Shown here: one piece after another, positions 1-11,286 of the stretch
Position numbering within the stretch: position 1 is the first letter of the stretch
Layout: each line of letters starts with the position of its first letter
Assembly: GCA_001724265.1 (NCBI GenBank)
Contig: MEDY01000096.1
Location: 62,001-116,889 of the forward strand
Origin: Rhizaria sp. SCN 62-66
Lineage: Eukaryota
Direction: 5' to 3'
DNA: 54,889 nucleotides
Program-made: the position numbers and the translations under genes
Notes under the pieces: model-generated
What the model was told of the DNA's origin: nothing
The model's database searches: none
What the model saw: the letters and a program-made list of their open reading frames with translations, nothing else

Positions 1-1
1 C

Positions 2-1882
2 AGCGGCGAGCCCGGGCTGGCGGGGGTCGATCCTGAGGCGTACAGAGCCGTGTCGGCCGCGTTTACTGAGGGCGGCGGCGTCGCGTCGCCGTGGTCCTCC
101 CCTGAGACCGCAGCGCCGGCCCCCGCATCGGCCTCTGCGTCCGCCTCTGCGTCCGCGTCTGCTGTGGCGGTGCCGATGCCGATGCTAGACCCCGCCGAGG
201 ACGACGACGATAACGGCGATGGCGACGACGAGGACGCAGGTGCGTATGATAAGGGGCCTGTGACTGCGGCCGAGTTCGATGACTTTGACGACTTTTGGGC
301 TCAGCTGGGCAAGATTACCAGCACTGAGAGTGAGCAAGAAAGGGATAAGGGCAAAAACAAGAACAAGAACAAGACCACCAGTGCTACTACGACTACGACT
401 GAGACTGAGACTGAGACTGCAAGTGACGAGGCTGCTGCGAAGGCCGATACCACAAAGCGTCAAACTGACAAGCATGAACCTGGCAAGACTGGGGCTAAGA
501 CGGCGACCCCGTCCGAACCCCAGCTGGAGACGAAGAACACCGTCACTGAGTCCACTCCTGCCGCAGAGCTCAAGCCTGAGCCTAAGTCTGGGCTCAAGCC
601 TGAGGCCAATCCTGAGACTGGGGCTGAGGTTGCGCCTGCCGAGGCAGACGCCGCCACGTCTGAGCCCGAGTCGGCGCCGCCGACGGAGGCCGAGGTCGCT
701 GCGGCCGCGGCCGCGGGACTGGGCATCGGCGCGGACGAGGCGATGAAGCTGCACGCGCAGGTCATGGCGCGGGCGCGGGCCGCGATGGCTATGGCCACCA
801 GCGCATTCGGATTCGGCTTTGACGACGAGGACGACGACGACGACTTTTACGGCGACGGCGACGGCGAAGGCGATGACAACGGCGACGATGACGGCACTGG
901 CAGCGACGCTGATGGCGAGCACGGGGAGATTGAATCCGAAGCAACCGCTCCCAGCCGCGGTGCTGCTGCAGCCGACGACGACGACGTCGTCGAGTTCGGC
1001 TTCGCAAAGTCCCAGGGCGCCAAGCCGTCCAAGCCCAAGCGCGCCGAGTCCAAGTCCGGCGCTGACGGGCCCCTGCTATTCTCCAAGACCAAGTCTCGCC
1101 CCGCTAATGGCGTGTTCCGGGCCGGCCGCGCCGCCGCGGCTGCTGCCTACGAAGCTCTGGGCAGCGCCAACCTGGGGCCCGAGAAGAGCAAGAACAAGAG
1201 CAAAAGTCTCCATGGCGACAACGACGGCGAGGAGGAGGAGGAGGAGGAGAACAGTGACAACATGAGCGGCAGCGACAGCGACGACAAGGACGGTGGCAGC
1301 GGCGGCGTGGACATGCTCGGCGGGCGCTATAAATCCATCTCCCTGTCCGCGATGACGCAGCTGATGGACAAGGCGCGCCGCGACCGCGCGCTCCGTGCCG
1401 CCGGGCTCGACGCCGCGGCGCATGGCACTGACAGCGACGAGGACGACGAGCCGGGCGCCCTAGCCTCGGGCTCCCGCGGCCATGCCCCCGGTCACGGTCG
1501 TGACGCAGCGGACGATGATGACGATGATGAGGCGGAGGAGCGCGAGAGTGCGAGGCCGAAGGTGTCGCTGTTCAAGCTCGCACGTAAGACTGAGACTCAC
1601 AGCACTAATACCGGCAATTCCAAGACGGCTGCGAGCGCTGTTGCGAAGGAGACTGACGCAACCGCGTTCACGAATGTTGTTGCTCGGGAGCGTGCATCCG
1701 CGAACAAGAGCACAGATTCGAAGCCTAGTGTTACAAAGATGGCTGTTACTGAAGCTGCGTCCGCTGCAGATGGCAACACGTCGGATAAGGCGGCTAGAGC
1801 AAAGAGCAAACGCGAGTCAACAGAGCCTGCCGCGTTTGGCGATGGTGTTACTGAGCGCGTGCGCCCGTCACGCCGTCGTTAA
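2..1882 (+). CDS. 5'-partial, acidic/Ala-rich, probably intrinsically disordered protein of unknown function
   Basis: The frame is open from base 2 to TAA 1880-1882, with GC-ending codon bias. GC drops sharply after the stop. It has Asp/Glu tracts and KN/TE dipeptide runs but no recognisable domain. Confidence 0.75.
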   Translation, partial: SGEPGLAGVDPEAYRAVSAAFTEGGGVASPWSSPETAAPAPASASASASASASAVAVPMPMLDPAEDDDDNGDGDDEDAGAYDKGPVTAAEFDDFDDFWAQLGKITSTESEQERDKGKNKNKNKTTSATTTTTETETETASDEAAAKADTTKRQTDKHEPGKTGAKTATPSEPQLETKNTVTESTPAAELKPEPKSGLKPEANPETGAEVAPAEADAATSEPESAPPTEAEVAAAAAAGLGIGADEAMKLHAQVMARARAAMAMATSAFGFGFDDEDDDDDFYGDGDGEGDDNGDDDGTGSDADGEHGEIESEATAPSRGAAAADDDDVVEFGFAKSQGAKPSKPKRAESKSGADGPLLFSKTKSRPANGVFRAGRAAAAAAYEALGSANLGPEKSKNKSKSLHGDNDGEEEEEEENSDNMSGSDSDDKDGGSGGVDMLGGRYKSISLSAMTQLMDKARRDRALRAAGLDAAAHGTDSDEDDEPGALASGSRGHAPGHGRDAADDDDDDEAEERESARPKVSLFKLARKTETHSTNTGNSKTAASAVAKETDATAFTNVVARERASANKSTDSKPSVTKMAVTEAASAADGNTSDKAARAKSKRESTEPAAFGDGVTERVRPSRRR

Positions 1883-2553
1883 GCTACGCCTTATTTTTCG
1901 GCGACTGTCATGTACACTTTATTCCTTGAGTATGACCGCGCACACAAAGAAGTATCTAACTGGTATCAAGAGAAACCCTCCTCTCCATATTAAAATACAC
2001 ATCCACTCTAAGATTAGATGACCGATCGATTGATGTGACAATCTACGTGAACACTTTAAGACATTTTTTTGGGAACATGTACAGTACAATTTATAATTCA
2101 ACAGCACATTCAAAGCGTGACACAAAAAGTGGATAGGGTTATTGGAGAAACATACACAGTTTCAGTGTATTGTTCGGGTCATAAGGAGATGACGAGACAC
2201 AATGGCGCAATGCGCGAATGTGATAAGCAAAAGTTTGAGTTGCAGGAGTGCGGAACATACGTAGACGGAGCTACGTATACTGCTCAAAGTCCCAGAAGCC
2301 CCAACAACAGTACTTTGTCAAATGTGAGTGTGCCTCAAGTAAATCACAATCGTTTTACGACTATAAACTTGTGATATGAGTGCTACAGCGTGCATGAGAG
2401 GGCATCGTACATCGTACATCTGCCGACTCCAAGCTAAGAGACCAAAACACAAAGCAGCGACACACAGAAAGCAAAAATGACGCGGGGACAGCTCCAGGAC
2501 AATATCACGTATGCCGTCATTCCAAAAGGCTCGCGGCACATTAACACAAAATG

Positions 2554-4090
2554 TTATACGTTAGTTAGGCTTAGTATGCATAACAAAACAACAAGCCACA
2601 CAAAAAAGGCATCTTTCGCGGTCGAAACAAGACAATCGAACAGGCGCGCTATTATGCGCTGCAGCTAAAGAGCGTCACCAGGGCTCGATTCCTCAGTGTG
2701 ACTCTGGACTGGCTAACAGACGAGCTCAAGCATGTCGAATCCGCCGACAAAAAGCTGTGCCACCTCGGGGCCGCGCGCAGCCAGGGAAGTCACCATCTGC
2801 GTCCACGGGATCAGAATCTCGCGGCTCCGGCTCGACTTGTCGCCAGTGCAAAAGAGCTCACAAATCCCCTCCACGCGCGTGTAAGTTAGAAGCTGCATGA
2901 TATCAGCATCGTTCGTAACGGCGAACCATTGCTGCAGTAGAGACAGAACAGAAGCCGGTCCCATGCGCCCCAAACCGTTGACATCACGGAGGTCCCCGAG
3001 CACAATATCGAACTCTGAGGAGCCAAGTGGGAAGTCAGCAATATCGTCACCACAAGTCTTAAAAACAGCAATTAATGCTTCATAAATAGTCTCGCGAGTC
3101 GGACCGTCGCTGCTTTGAGTTGATGTGTGGCGCAAAAGTAGGTCGCGAAGCAGATAAAGAAAGCCTGTGGTCGTGGTGGAAGGTACAGGCGTACCACTTG
3201 AGAATAACGAAACCACAACGCCACAAAACGTTTCCTGATAAAAAACAACACCATCGTCATCCTGCATCCTCTGACGCATGTATGTAAGCATGTGGTCAAG
3301 TGTCACATGCTTGACCGAGACTGCGAGCAGCGGCGACTTCGCAACAATGCGCACAAGACGAAGCAAGGGGACAGCCAAGTGGTGATTGGCGCCGTTGCGA
3401 GAGATCACTTGAGCAATGCGCTCGACATAGTTCACACAAGCAAGTGGGCTCATGTTCTGGGTAGTCGAACCATCACCAGTGGCGACAGAAGAGTTGGTTG
3501 TAGTTGTTGTGGAATTACTCAAGCGGTAATCTGCAAGAAGCGTCAGTACAAGGACAATACCGAGCATGTGCTACGATCCGTCTTCGGCGCAAGCAAGATC
3601 GAGCAGCTGCAACAGCGAATCAATTACCCCGCTTTCTGTGATAATCTGCACGCATTGTGTCTGTAAGTCAGCAGGGCATGCCAGCAGAGCGCAATAAAGC
3701 TTCATCACGCCGGCCGTGTGTGTCGAGAGCGACTGCACGCTCGCAACCGCAGTATGGACGCGCAGAATGCGGCCAAACTTCGGCAAAACACACTCGTTCA
3801 TCTTAAAACATTGACTACACAGTTGTACACATACCTGGTGTTCGTAGAGACGATACAGTAAGAAAGATTATGGGGGTGTCATGCGAGTCAAGGCTGCCTG
3901 GAGTCAGCCACAAAAATGACAGTGTAGATCATTATATACAAAAATCATGCTTTTCAATAGAGGATTCATATACATTTACACTGTAAAAATTTGAATTTAA
4001 CAATTAAATCTCGCTTGACGATGAAGCCGAAATAGACACTGACCTGAAAAATACCGCCCTCCTCCTTGTACTCCTCCGACGACACCACAC
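2554..4090 (-). CDS. Helical ARM/HEAT-like protein with three in-frame TAG codons (recoded gene or pseudogene); 5' end unresolved
   Basis: One frame runs from 3834 to TAA 2554-2556, interrupted only by TAG at 3571-3573, 2713-2715 and 2665-2667. It has amphipathic ARM-like segments (QIITESGVIDSLLQLL, LLRLVRIVAK, LQRIIARLFDCLV). A tentative upstream exon 4044-4090 (tag|...CAG|gtcagt) joins in frame through intron 3835-4043. Confidence 0.5.
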
Positions 4091-4100
4091 CTACACGATA

Positions 4101-4148
4101 GAGGATATTGTTTAAGAGGATAAGCTTATAGTTTAAGAGGATATTGTT
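4101..4148. repeat. Short degenerate tandem duplication (gaggata x3; gtttaagaggata x2) in AT-rich non-coding DNA
   Basis: gaggatattgtttaagaggataagcttatagtttaagaggatattgtt. Confidence 0.7.
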
Positions 4149-4433
4149 GATTGTATTAAGCGTGTATGGGTGATACGTACTTTGCACATACTAAACATTA
4201 TCGTACCATACAATCGATTATAACACAGTTGTGTAGTACAGTATATATAAAATATAGAGATAAGATGATTACAAATGTCGTTCTTCTTTGTTCTTCATAC
4301 AGGGACGAGTAGTTCTAAGTAACACAAATAATATTTTAGCGACTTGTGATCAAGTACAGTATAAACATATTGCCGGAGAGAACACAAATAAAGTCAACTG
4401 TAGCACTCTCAGCTCATAGTTAGCACCATGATC

Positions 4434-7400
4434 TCACGCCACGACGTCAACGAATTCGCGCGCCTCGCACCACGCCAGCGCGGCGTCGACAGTGGGCGCA
4501 ACAGCCACCGTGCCGGCAGACGCAGTTACGGGCTCGGAGCACTGCCGCGCCAACGCCAGCAGCGGGCCGGGCACCAGTCCTGCGAGCTCATCATTAATAT
4601 CGCAGTCATCAACGGTATTATGAGTCACGTCGCCGTTATCCAGAGGCGGGAGAACGCCGTTGTTGCGCAGCAGCGTGCTGACATCGGCGGGCATGTGCGC
4701 GAACACTACATCGACGCCGTAGCCGCGCGCAACGGCGGTGAGCGCGCGGAAGCACGCGCGCACGGCCGTCGCGTCCACGCCCAGCACGCGCGCAAAGTCG
4801 ATCACGACGGCCGCCGTGGGGCGCACCACGCGCGCGAGCGCAGGGACGAACACGGACGGTACGGCGTCCACGGCGCACGCGTGGGGGAGCGCGTGAGGGG
4901 ACGCGTAGTGCATGTGTGCCGCGGGAACTGTTGAGTTGGACGGCAGGAGCACAAGATCCACGCTGCCCGCGCGCTGCAACTGCGATGCCGACAGCGACTG
5001 CTGCTGTGACAGCAGCTGGGTCTGGGACTGAAGCAGCGCAGCGGAAGACGCATGACCGTGTCCGAGGTCCAGACCACGGCTGCTGCCGCTGCTGCCAGTC
5101 GTGCCAAAACGTGGCGCCGTTTGCGACAGCAAAGACCGCGCGCGGGCACCGGCGCTGTTGGGCGTCTGCGGCCGCGACCCCGCCTGACTGCCGCCGCCGC
5201 TGCCGCCGCCGCCGCCGCGACCGACACTGCTGCCGGCGGATCCCTGGGCGGCGGCGGGCAGTGGGGTGAAGGTGCGGTCCACGGCCGGCACTGTGGGCAC
5301 AGCGGCGACGAAGGCCGAGGATGACGCGTCACCGAAGTGTGTGTGTGGACGCGGCATCTCCACGCTAGGCAGCGCAACCACGAGGCCGGCGTTGTTGGCA
5401 TCAGCTCCAGCGTAGTCTTCGCTGTAGCTGTAGTCATGGGCGTCGGCGTCGCTGTTGGAATTACGGCTGTAGTGGTGATACGCGGCGACCGAGACCGCCT
5501 GCACGAGACCGACATGCGCGGTGCCAGGACTGCAAGTGACCGTGGGTGCCGCTGCCCCCGCGCCCGGAGCGACCGTGGGCAGCAACGCGTCCGCGGATCC
5601 GGTGGTACCAGTGACACCAGTGACTGTGGGCGCACCCAGAGCCGCGATGGAGTCGACAAGCAGACTCGGTGTGCGTCGCAGCGCGAGACCACCGCCGGTG
5701 ACGCTGGTGTTAAGCGCGGCGTTGCCACTGTTGGCGTTGCCGCTGTCGTTCGCGTTGTTCGCGACGCTGTAGCTGCGCACGCTCGACGCGGGCGAGCCGT
5801 CCGAAGCGGCGCCGTACCCGCTCGCAGCGCCGCAGCCGGTGGCCACGCCTGCGACCGCGGACGCGGCATCGAACACGACCGACTCGGCGCCGGAGCCCGA
5901 GCCAGAGTTGGCGTTAGAGCCGAACGACGACGACGGCAGCAACGCGGTCACAGGACCGCTCTCCTGCTCTGCACTCGCGCCAAGCGCAGCGCGAGGAGCG
6001 GCGACGGCGACGGGGGCGGTCGACGCAGGAATAGAGGTGGGCTTCACGTGCGTGGCACCCGCAGCGCCGCCACCGCCCCGCTGCGCGCGCCGGTGCTCCA
6101 AGTACTTCAGCGACGCCAGCGCAGCCCTGCCAGCCTTGACAGTGCTGTGCCCGCTGCCGCTGCTGCCGCTGTTGCTGTTGCGCTCGGACACAAGGACGTA
6201 AACATGCGCAAAGGCTTCCTCAAGCAGGATTTGCGCAGAGCCGAAAAAGACGTATCCGGAGAGCGAGAGCACGCAGGTTTGCCCCGCGCGCGCAGTGAGG
6301 CGCCGCGCGGCCGCCACGTCGCCGCTCGCGCTCGCACTCGCGCTGATGCTCGCGAGCGCATAGTTGTGACCGCCAGTTTGACTGACGCCGTTGGCCGCGA
6401 GCGCGCTGGCGGCGGTGGCGGCGCTGTTGGCGAGATGGTAGTTTGCGCTGCTGATGATCGCCGTCGCGGCGGACGAGTGCGGCCACGAGGGCGCCACTTG
6501 CGCGGACCGTGCGTATCCAACAACGAACTGCAGTGCGGCGACAGCGACGCCGACGAGGAGGCCCTGCTCGACGCCGAACACGAGCAGGGAGACGAAGGTA
6601 ATCAGCGACACGGCGTGCTCTTGCGCGGTGACCTTGCGCAGCGCGTAGACTTCGTAGAGCCACTCGAGCATGAGATCATAGGCGATGAAGATGAGTGTCG
6701 CGGCGAAAAAGAACCGCGGCAGCAGCGCCATGACGTCGACAGGCAACACAAAGACAGCTAACTCGGCCGCGGCAAGAATGCCGCCGACGAGGCGCGAGCG
6801 CGAGCCAGCGCGGCAGGTGAAGATGGTCTGCGAGAAGATGTAGCTGCCAGGGAAGCCAGCGAGCAGCCCGGAGACGGTGTTGGCCCAGCCGATGACCTCG
6901 AGCTCGGCGTTGACGTTAAGTGGGCGGCCCAAGTCGATCTCAACGGCCGCGACATCGAGGCAGGAAGAAAATGCCACGATCACGGTCATCGCCGCCCAGC
7001 GCGGGATTTGACTGGGCATCACATCCCAGCGCACGATGGAGAGATCGAACAAGGCCAGCACGTCGGTCACGGCGGCGGAGGCGGCGAGCGGGGACACCCA
7101 GCCGGCCGCGCGGGACTCGGCCAGGGACGTGCCTGTGATGTACAACAGCGTGAAGAAGAGCGCCGGAAGAAGCAGCATCGTCAGAGGCAGCGCCATAGGA
7201 TGCTTAAGCTTGCGCGCTACCACGCTCAAAATACCACCTTGAGATAACATAAAAACAAAAGAAGAAGAAGCAACACAGTCATGAAACATAAATAAATGGT
7301 GAATACATTTCAAACGGGACAATTTCTTCATGAATGGCTAAAAAAGAGAATATCACTAAGTCAATCCGTATCTTGTTTCTAGAGCGTACCTGACACGAGT

Positions 7401-8662
7401 CCCGGAAGCGCGAGTGCGGTGATGTGGCTGGATCCAATGACCGTGAGCCAATCACGCGGCGACGCAAAAGGCAGCGCGGTGCAAAGCGCAACGCCGGCCT
7501 GGAGACAGAAATAACCGATGAAGGCCAAATACCCAGCGATGACGGGTGTCGGTAAATACGATACGAATTTAGCGAGTGAGCAGCGTGCGAGCACAACGAG
7601 CACGACGCCCAGCGCGGCCGTCGATAGACTGAGACAGACGGCCGTTGTGGCCCACACGACGGGCGGCGGCGCGTCGGCCAGCTCGTTCGCAATGCCCGTG
7701 GCCATGACGGAGAGGAAGATGAGTCCCGCGTCCTGCACTTGGCCGATGGCAAACGGCAGAGCAGAGCGCAGAACGAGCATCTGGTGCACGAAGGAAGAGA
7801 ACAAAAACAGACGCGCAAAGTGTGACTGCACGGGCACGAAGACAGGGTGTCCGAAGACGAGCGCCGTGTAACCGTAGAGCGCAGGGATCGCAAGCACCAT
7901 GTTGATCAGACCGACGGCGATGTCGCGCATCAGCACGCTCGCCGCGCTGGGCTCCAGCGCCGACGCAGAGGCACCGTCCGGCGCAGCAGCAGAATACGGG
8001 TTGTGGCTATCTTTGACCGTGACAGACTTAGACGTGACTTTCCTGCCACTGGAGTTCGCGGTGTCGTCCTTTTTGTTTGGAGCAGAGGCGAGCAGAGGAG
8101 TCATTTCGATGGGCTGATCGAAGTTATTATTGTTGCCGATTTTGGTTGTTGTTGTGCGAGTGCTGCTGCTCTTGCTGGTGTTAAGCAGAAACATGCGACT
8201 CGACTTTAAGTCCGAATCGTCATCGTCATCCGCGTCAATATCGTTGTTATTGGAGCCGTAGCCTGAGTAGCGAGTGTCCTTGTTCGCGCCGGCGTTATCA
8301 GCAGCAATTGCTGACGAACTGCTACCGCTACTGTGAACATTGGCACGAGAGAGGTTGTTGCTCGACGAGACACGACGCGGCGGTGCGGGAGGTAGCTGCG
8401 ACGACGACTGCTGTGCCTGCGTCTTGGTGAAGCTACTGCTCGCACCAGAGTCGGGGTTAGCACCAGACCCGACAGAGCGGCTATCAAGGTCGGCAAGACC
8501 AGACGAAGAGTGCGAGGGCACGAGACCACCGGGTCTGTAGGTAGACGCAGAGACCGCCGCAGATGAGCTGCTTGCGGATGAGCTCGCGGTCGTGGCGGAG
8601 GCCGAGCGCTCGGCGAGGCGGTCAGGCACGAGCGGCGGCAGCGCTGCAGCGTCGGATGACAT
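4434..8662 (-). CDS. SulP/SLC26-family anion transporter with STAS domain (YGR125W/Vsb1-like subgroup); 2 exons (7390-8662, 4434-7237), ~1358 aa
   Basis: Motifs AIGQVQDAGLIF, SYLPTPVIAGYLAFIG, NAELEVIGWANTVSGLLAGFPGSY; STAS motifs LSGYVFFGSA and VVIDFARVLGVDATA. The phase-1 intron 7238-7389 (G|gtacgc...caag|GT) joins the two ORFs in frame. Stop is TGA. Confidence 0.9.
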
Positions 8663-9323
8663 GGTACCGCGCGCAAATAACGGGTCTCGCAGCTATTTCT
8701 GGTAGAATATCAATTAAATTGCCGAGATCTTGAGACTACAAGGAATGACCGTGGCAGGGGATGCGTGGGTGAGCAAAGGAGGGTGTGGAGGCGTGGCAAG
8801 GACCCACGTCATGCATTGACTGACTTAGTACGAATGTATGCGCGATACTCGCAAGGTTCAGGTGTCTAATATAAATAACACATTATTTAACAATGAAATT
8901 CTATATATAAACGTCAGCACATTCGGGTTAATGATCAGTTGACGTCACAGTTTATGCAATCGTTCCTTTTGCGCGCAGCAGTTGCTCGTCGGCGTGTGCG
9001 ACTAGTCGCAGCAGTAGAGTTACCTTCTTTCAGACACAAACAAACGAGATTTGTATAAAGACTCGGGGCACAGTGACTGCATGGGAGGCAAAACACCCCC
9101 ACACACGTCGTGCATATAATATAGTTGATGAAAAATAAAAAGCATATGATAGTATTTCTAGATGATTAGTTAGATGTTAGAGATGCTACAACGACGACTG
9201 AGAGGTAGAGGCTCGAGGCACGGGCGCAGAGAGCAAACCCTGCTGTCCCGTCCACCAGCCGCAGCCATCGTCATCATATCACACACGCAAAGCCATACAG
9301 CGCGCCGCCGTCGTGAGAGCAGC

Positions 9324-10754
9324 TTAGAACTTGATGGGCTGCGCGGGCGGGGGGATGTTGAAGCTCTCGACGAGCTTGGCCGTGGCCTGGCCGACCTTCG
9401 TCGACAGCAGCGCCTTGTCGTCCTCCGAGAGCTCCTTGACAGGCGCCACGTTGGGGTCAAAGTCGGGGCGTTCGGCCTTGAGCTGCGCGACGGTGGCGTC
9501 GTAAAGCCGGTTGAGGTACACGGCGCGGTCGCGCTCGATGTCGATGGCGGCGTCCTTGGAGGCCTGCACAGCTTCGGCGTGGCCCTCGGGGGCAGTGGCG
9601 GCGTTGGGGTAGCTGTAGTGGGCCAGCGCAAGCTTGGCGGCCTCGTCCACGGCGGCCGCAATCGCCTTGCGCTCGTCGGGGGTGTTCTCGTTCATGAATT
9701 TGACGACGAGCTTCTGCTTAGGGGTGTTGAGGGCATCGACCCAGGCCTCGGCAGCGGCCTCCCAGTTGTCGCGGCGGTGGCCATCGCCGAACTTCCAGCC
9801 CTTGGGCGGGGGCACGTACGGCCAGCCCGCGTAGGGGATCGACGGGAACGGGCCCAGCTCGGCCATCGAGGGCACGCCGGCGGGCACGGGGTGAAAGACG
9901 AGGGTGCGCTTGACGTCGTCCTGAGGTGGGGAACATCACAGAAATGGAAGAGTAGAAGCACAAGATAAGAGCATATCACGACGAAATTGCACAAGGAAAT
10001 AAAGAAATCATGAATATACATATACGACACAGCATCGAGTGTGCTAGATACGCTGCAGGAGAGTGCTTGCCAATGTTGACAATTGGTCAGTGGCGTACCT
10101 GGCCAAAGAAGGGGTCGGAGGAATCGCGGGCGGCAGCGGCGGCGGCGTCCTTGTTGAAGTTCGCGGTGGGCTTGAACTCGTTGTTAACGACGTCGATCAG
10201 CTCGAGCTGGTCCTCGGCGACGGAGATGAGCTTCTCCAGAGGGCCCATGTTGATCTCGTACTCGGCGTCCCAGTCGCACGGGTTGCGCTCCAGCACAGCC
10301 AGGTGGTGGCGGGCCATGCCGATCACGGAGTTGTTGAAGTGCTTCTCACCCTATTGTGGCATGTACAAGACGGTATATGGTATCGGTGTGCAACGCGCGG
10401 TACGTGTGCAGTAGGATGGCGGGGCGTGGGACACGGTCGGCGAAGTCAGGGCAAGCGAGTGCAGCACCAGCGGACGAGAGGTGGGAGAGAGCCAATAAGT
10501 GGTTGGAAACAGGGTAAGACGAGGTCGTGCAAAGACAGCTGGAGAACAGTAAGCAGATTCAACGTTGACAAACCATTTGCATTTGGTTAGGTGAAATGAC
10601 GTACGGTGTAGGTGGAGCAAACCTCAATCTGACGCTTGTAGAGAGAGACCAACACCTCGCGAGCATTGTCGATGGCAGGGAGGTCCGCATAGCCAGTCGA
10701 ATAGCGACCAGGGCGCATCATAAGACGGCCGGCACAGCGCAACATTGATGACAT
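9324..10754 (-). CDS. NDUFA5: Mitochondrial complex I subunit NDUFA5/B13-like with a long C-terminal extension; 3 exons (10623-10754, 10099-10350, 9324-9920), ~326 aa
   Basis: Arg-rich presequence MSSMLRCAGRLMMRPGRY, then TGYADLPAIDNAREVLVSLY...EYEINMGPLEKLISVAEDQLEL, matching the NDUFA5 pattern (TGL.GL...L..LY...E..I..GQ.EE.I..AE.EL). Two phase-0 GT-AG introns, strong codon bias, TAA stop. Confidence 0.75.
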
Positions 10755-11286
10755 TCTGTTAAAGGACTATCAACGCTTTTGCAAACGCAACACAGACACT
10801 TTTTCACTCGTCCCTCGTCAGCTTGCCAGTCGCGGAACCGAGCCCACAGTCACCGTCGAAAAAACAGCAGCATTTTTCGGTCTACCACCTTATTGACAAC
10901 CAACTTCGATCGATCGACCGACAACGCACACCTCTACAATGCCTCGCCGCCATCGACAGACAATATAATTGCTCTTCTGGGAGTACATCTACTTTGCCTG
11001 TTTTACTCCTTTTATTCATCCTCGTCCAGATTGCTGTTATTCCTGATTTCACGATCCGTGAATGGGACTGACAAGAGCTGCTGGTTCACTATGTGCTCCC
11101 ACACTGCATATCTCGCTCGAATAACATTATATTCACGAGTGACTTAAGTATCATGTGAACAATATGGTGTATTACGCACTGTTTGGGATGTGTATTACAT
11201 GCCGCTTATTTGGCGCTATGGTGTGCGATCTTTGTGTCTCACCCCTCCGTTCTCTGACTCCTCGCTTCACTTAACTTCAACTCTCG

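Noticed and set aside
2675-2700. gggctcgattcctc resembling a tRNA T-arm
   Set aside because: No cloverleaf or D-arm could be formed, and it lies within the minus-strand coding frame.
4101-4148. Short direct repeats as a possible CRISPR array
   Set aside because: Only 2-3 units of 7-13 nt, no spacers of suitable length, no cas genes, and a eukaryotic context.
7379-7381. TAG ending the first SulP ORF, and in-frame TAGs at 10351 and 20020
   Set aside because: They lie inside introns or form the intron acceptor, so I did not count them for or against UAG recoding.
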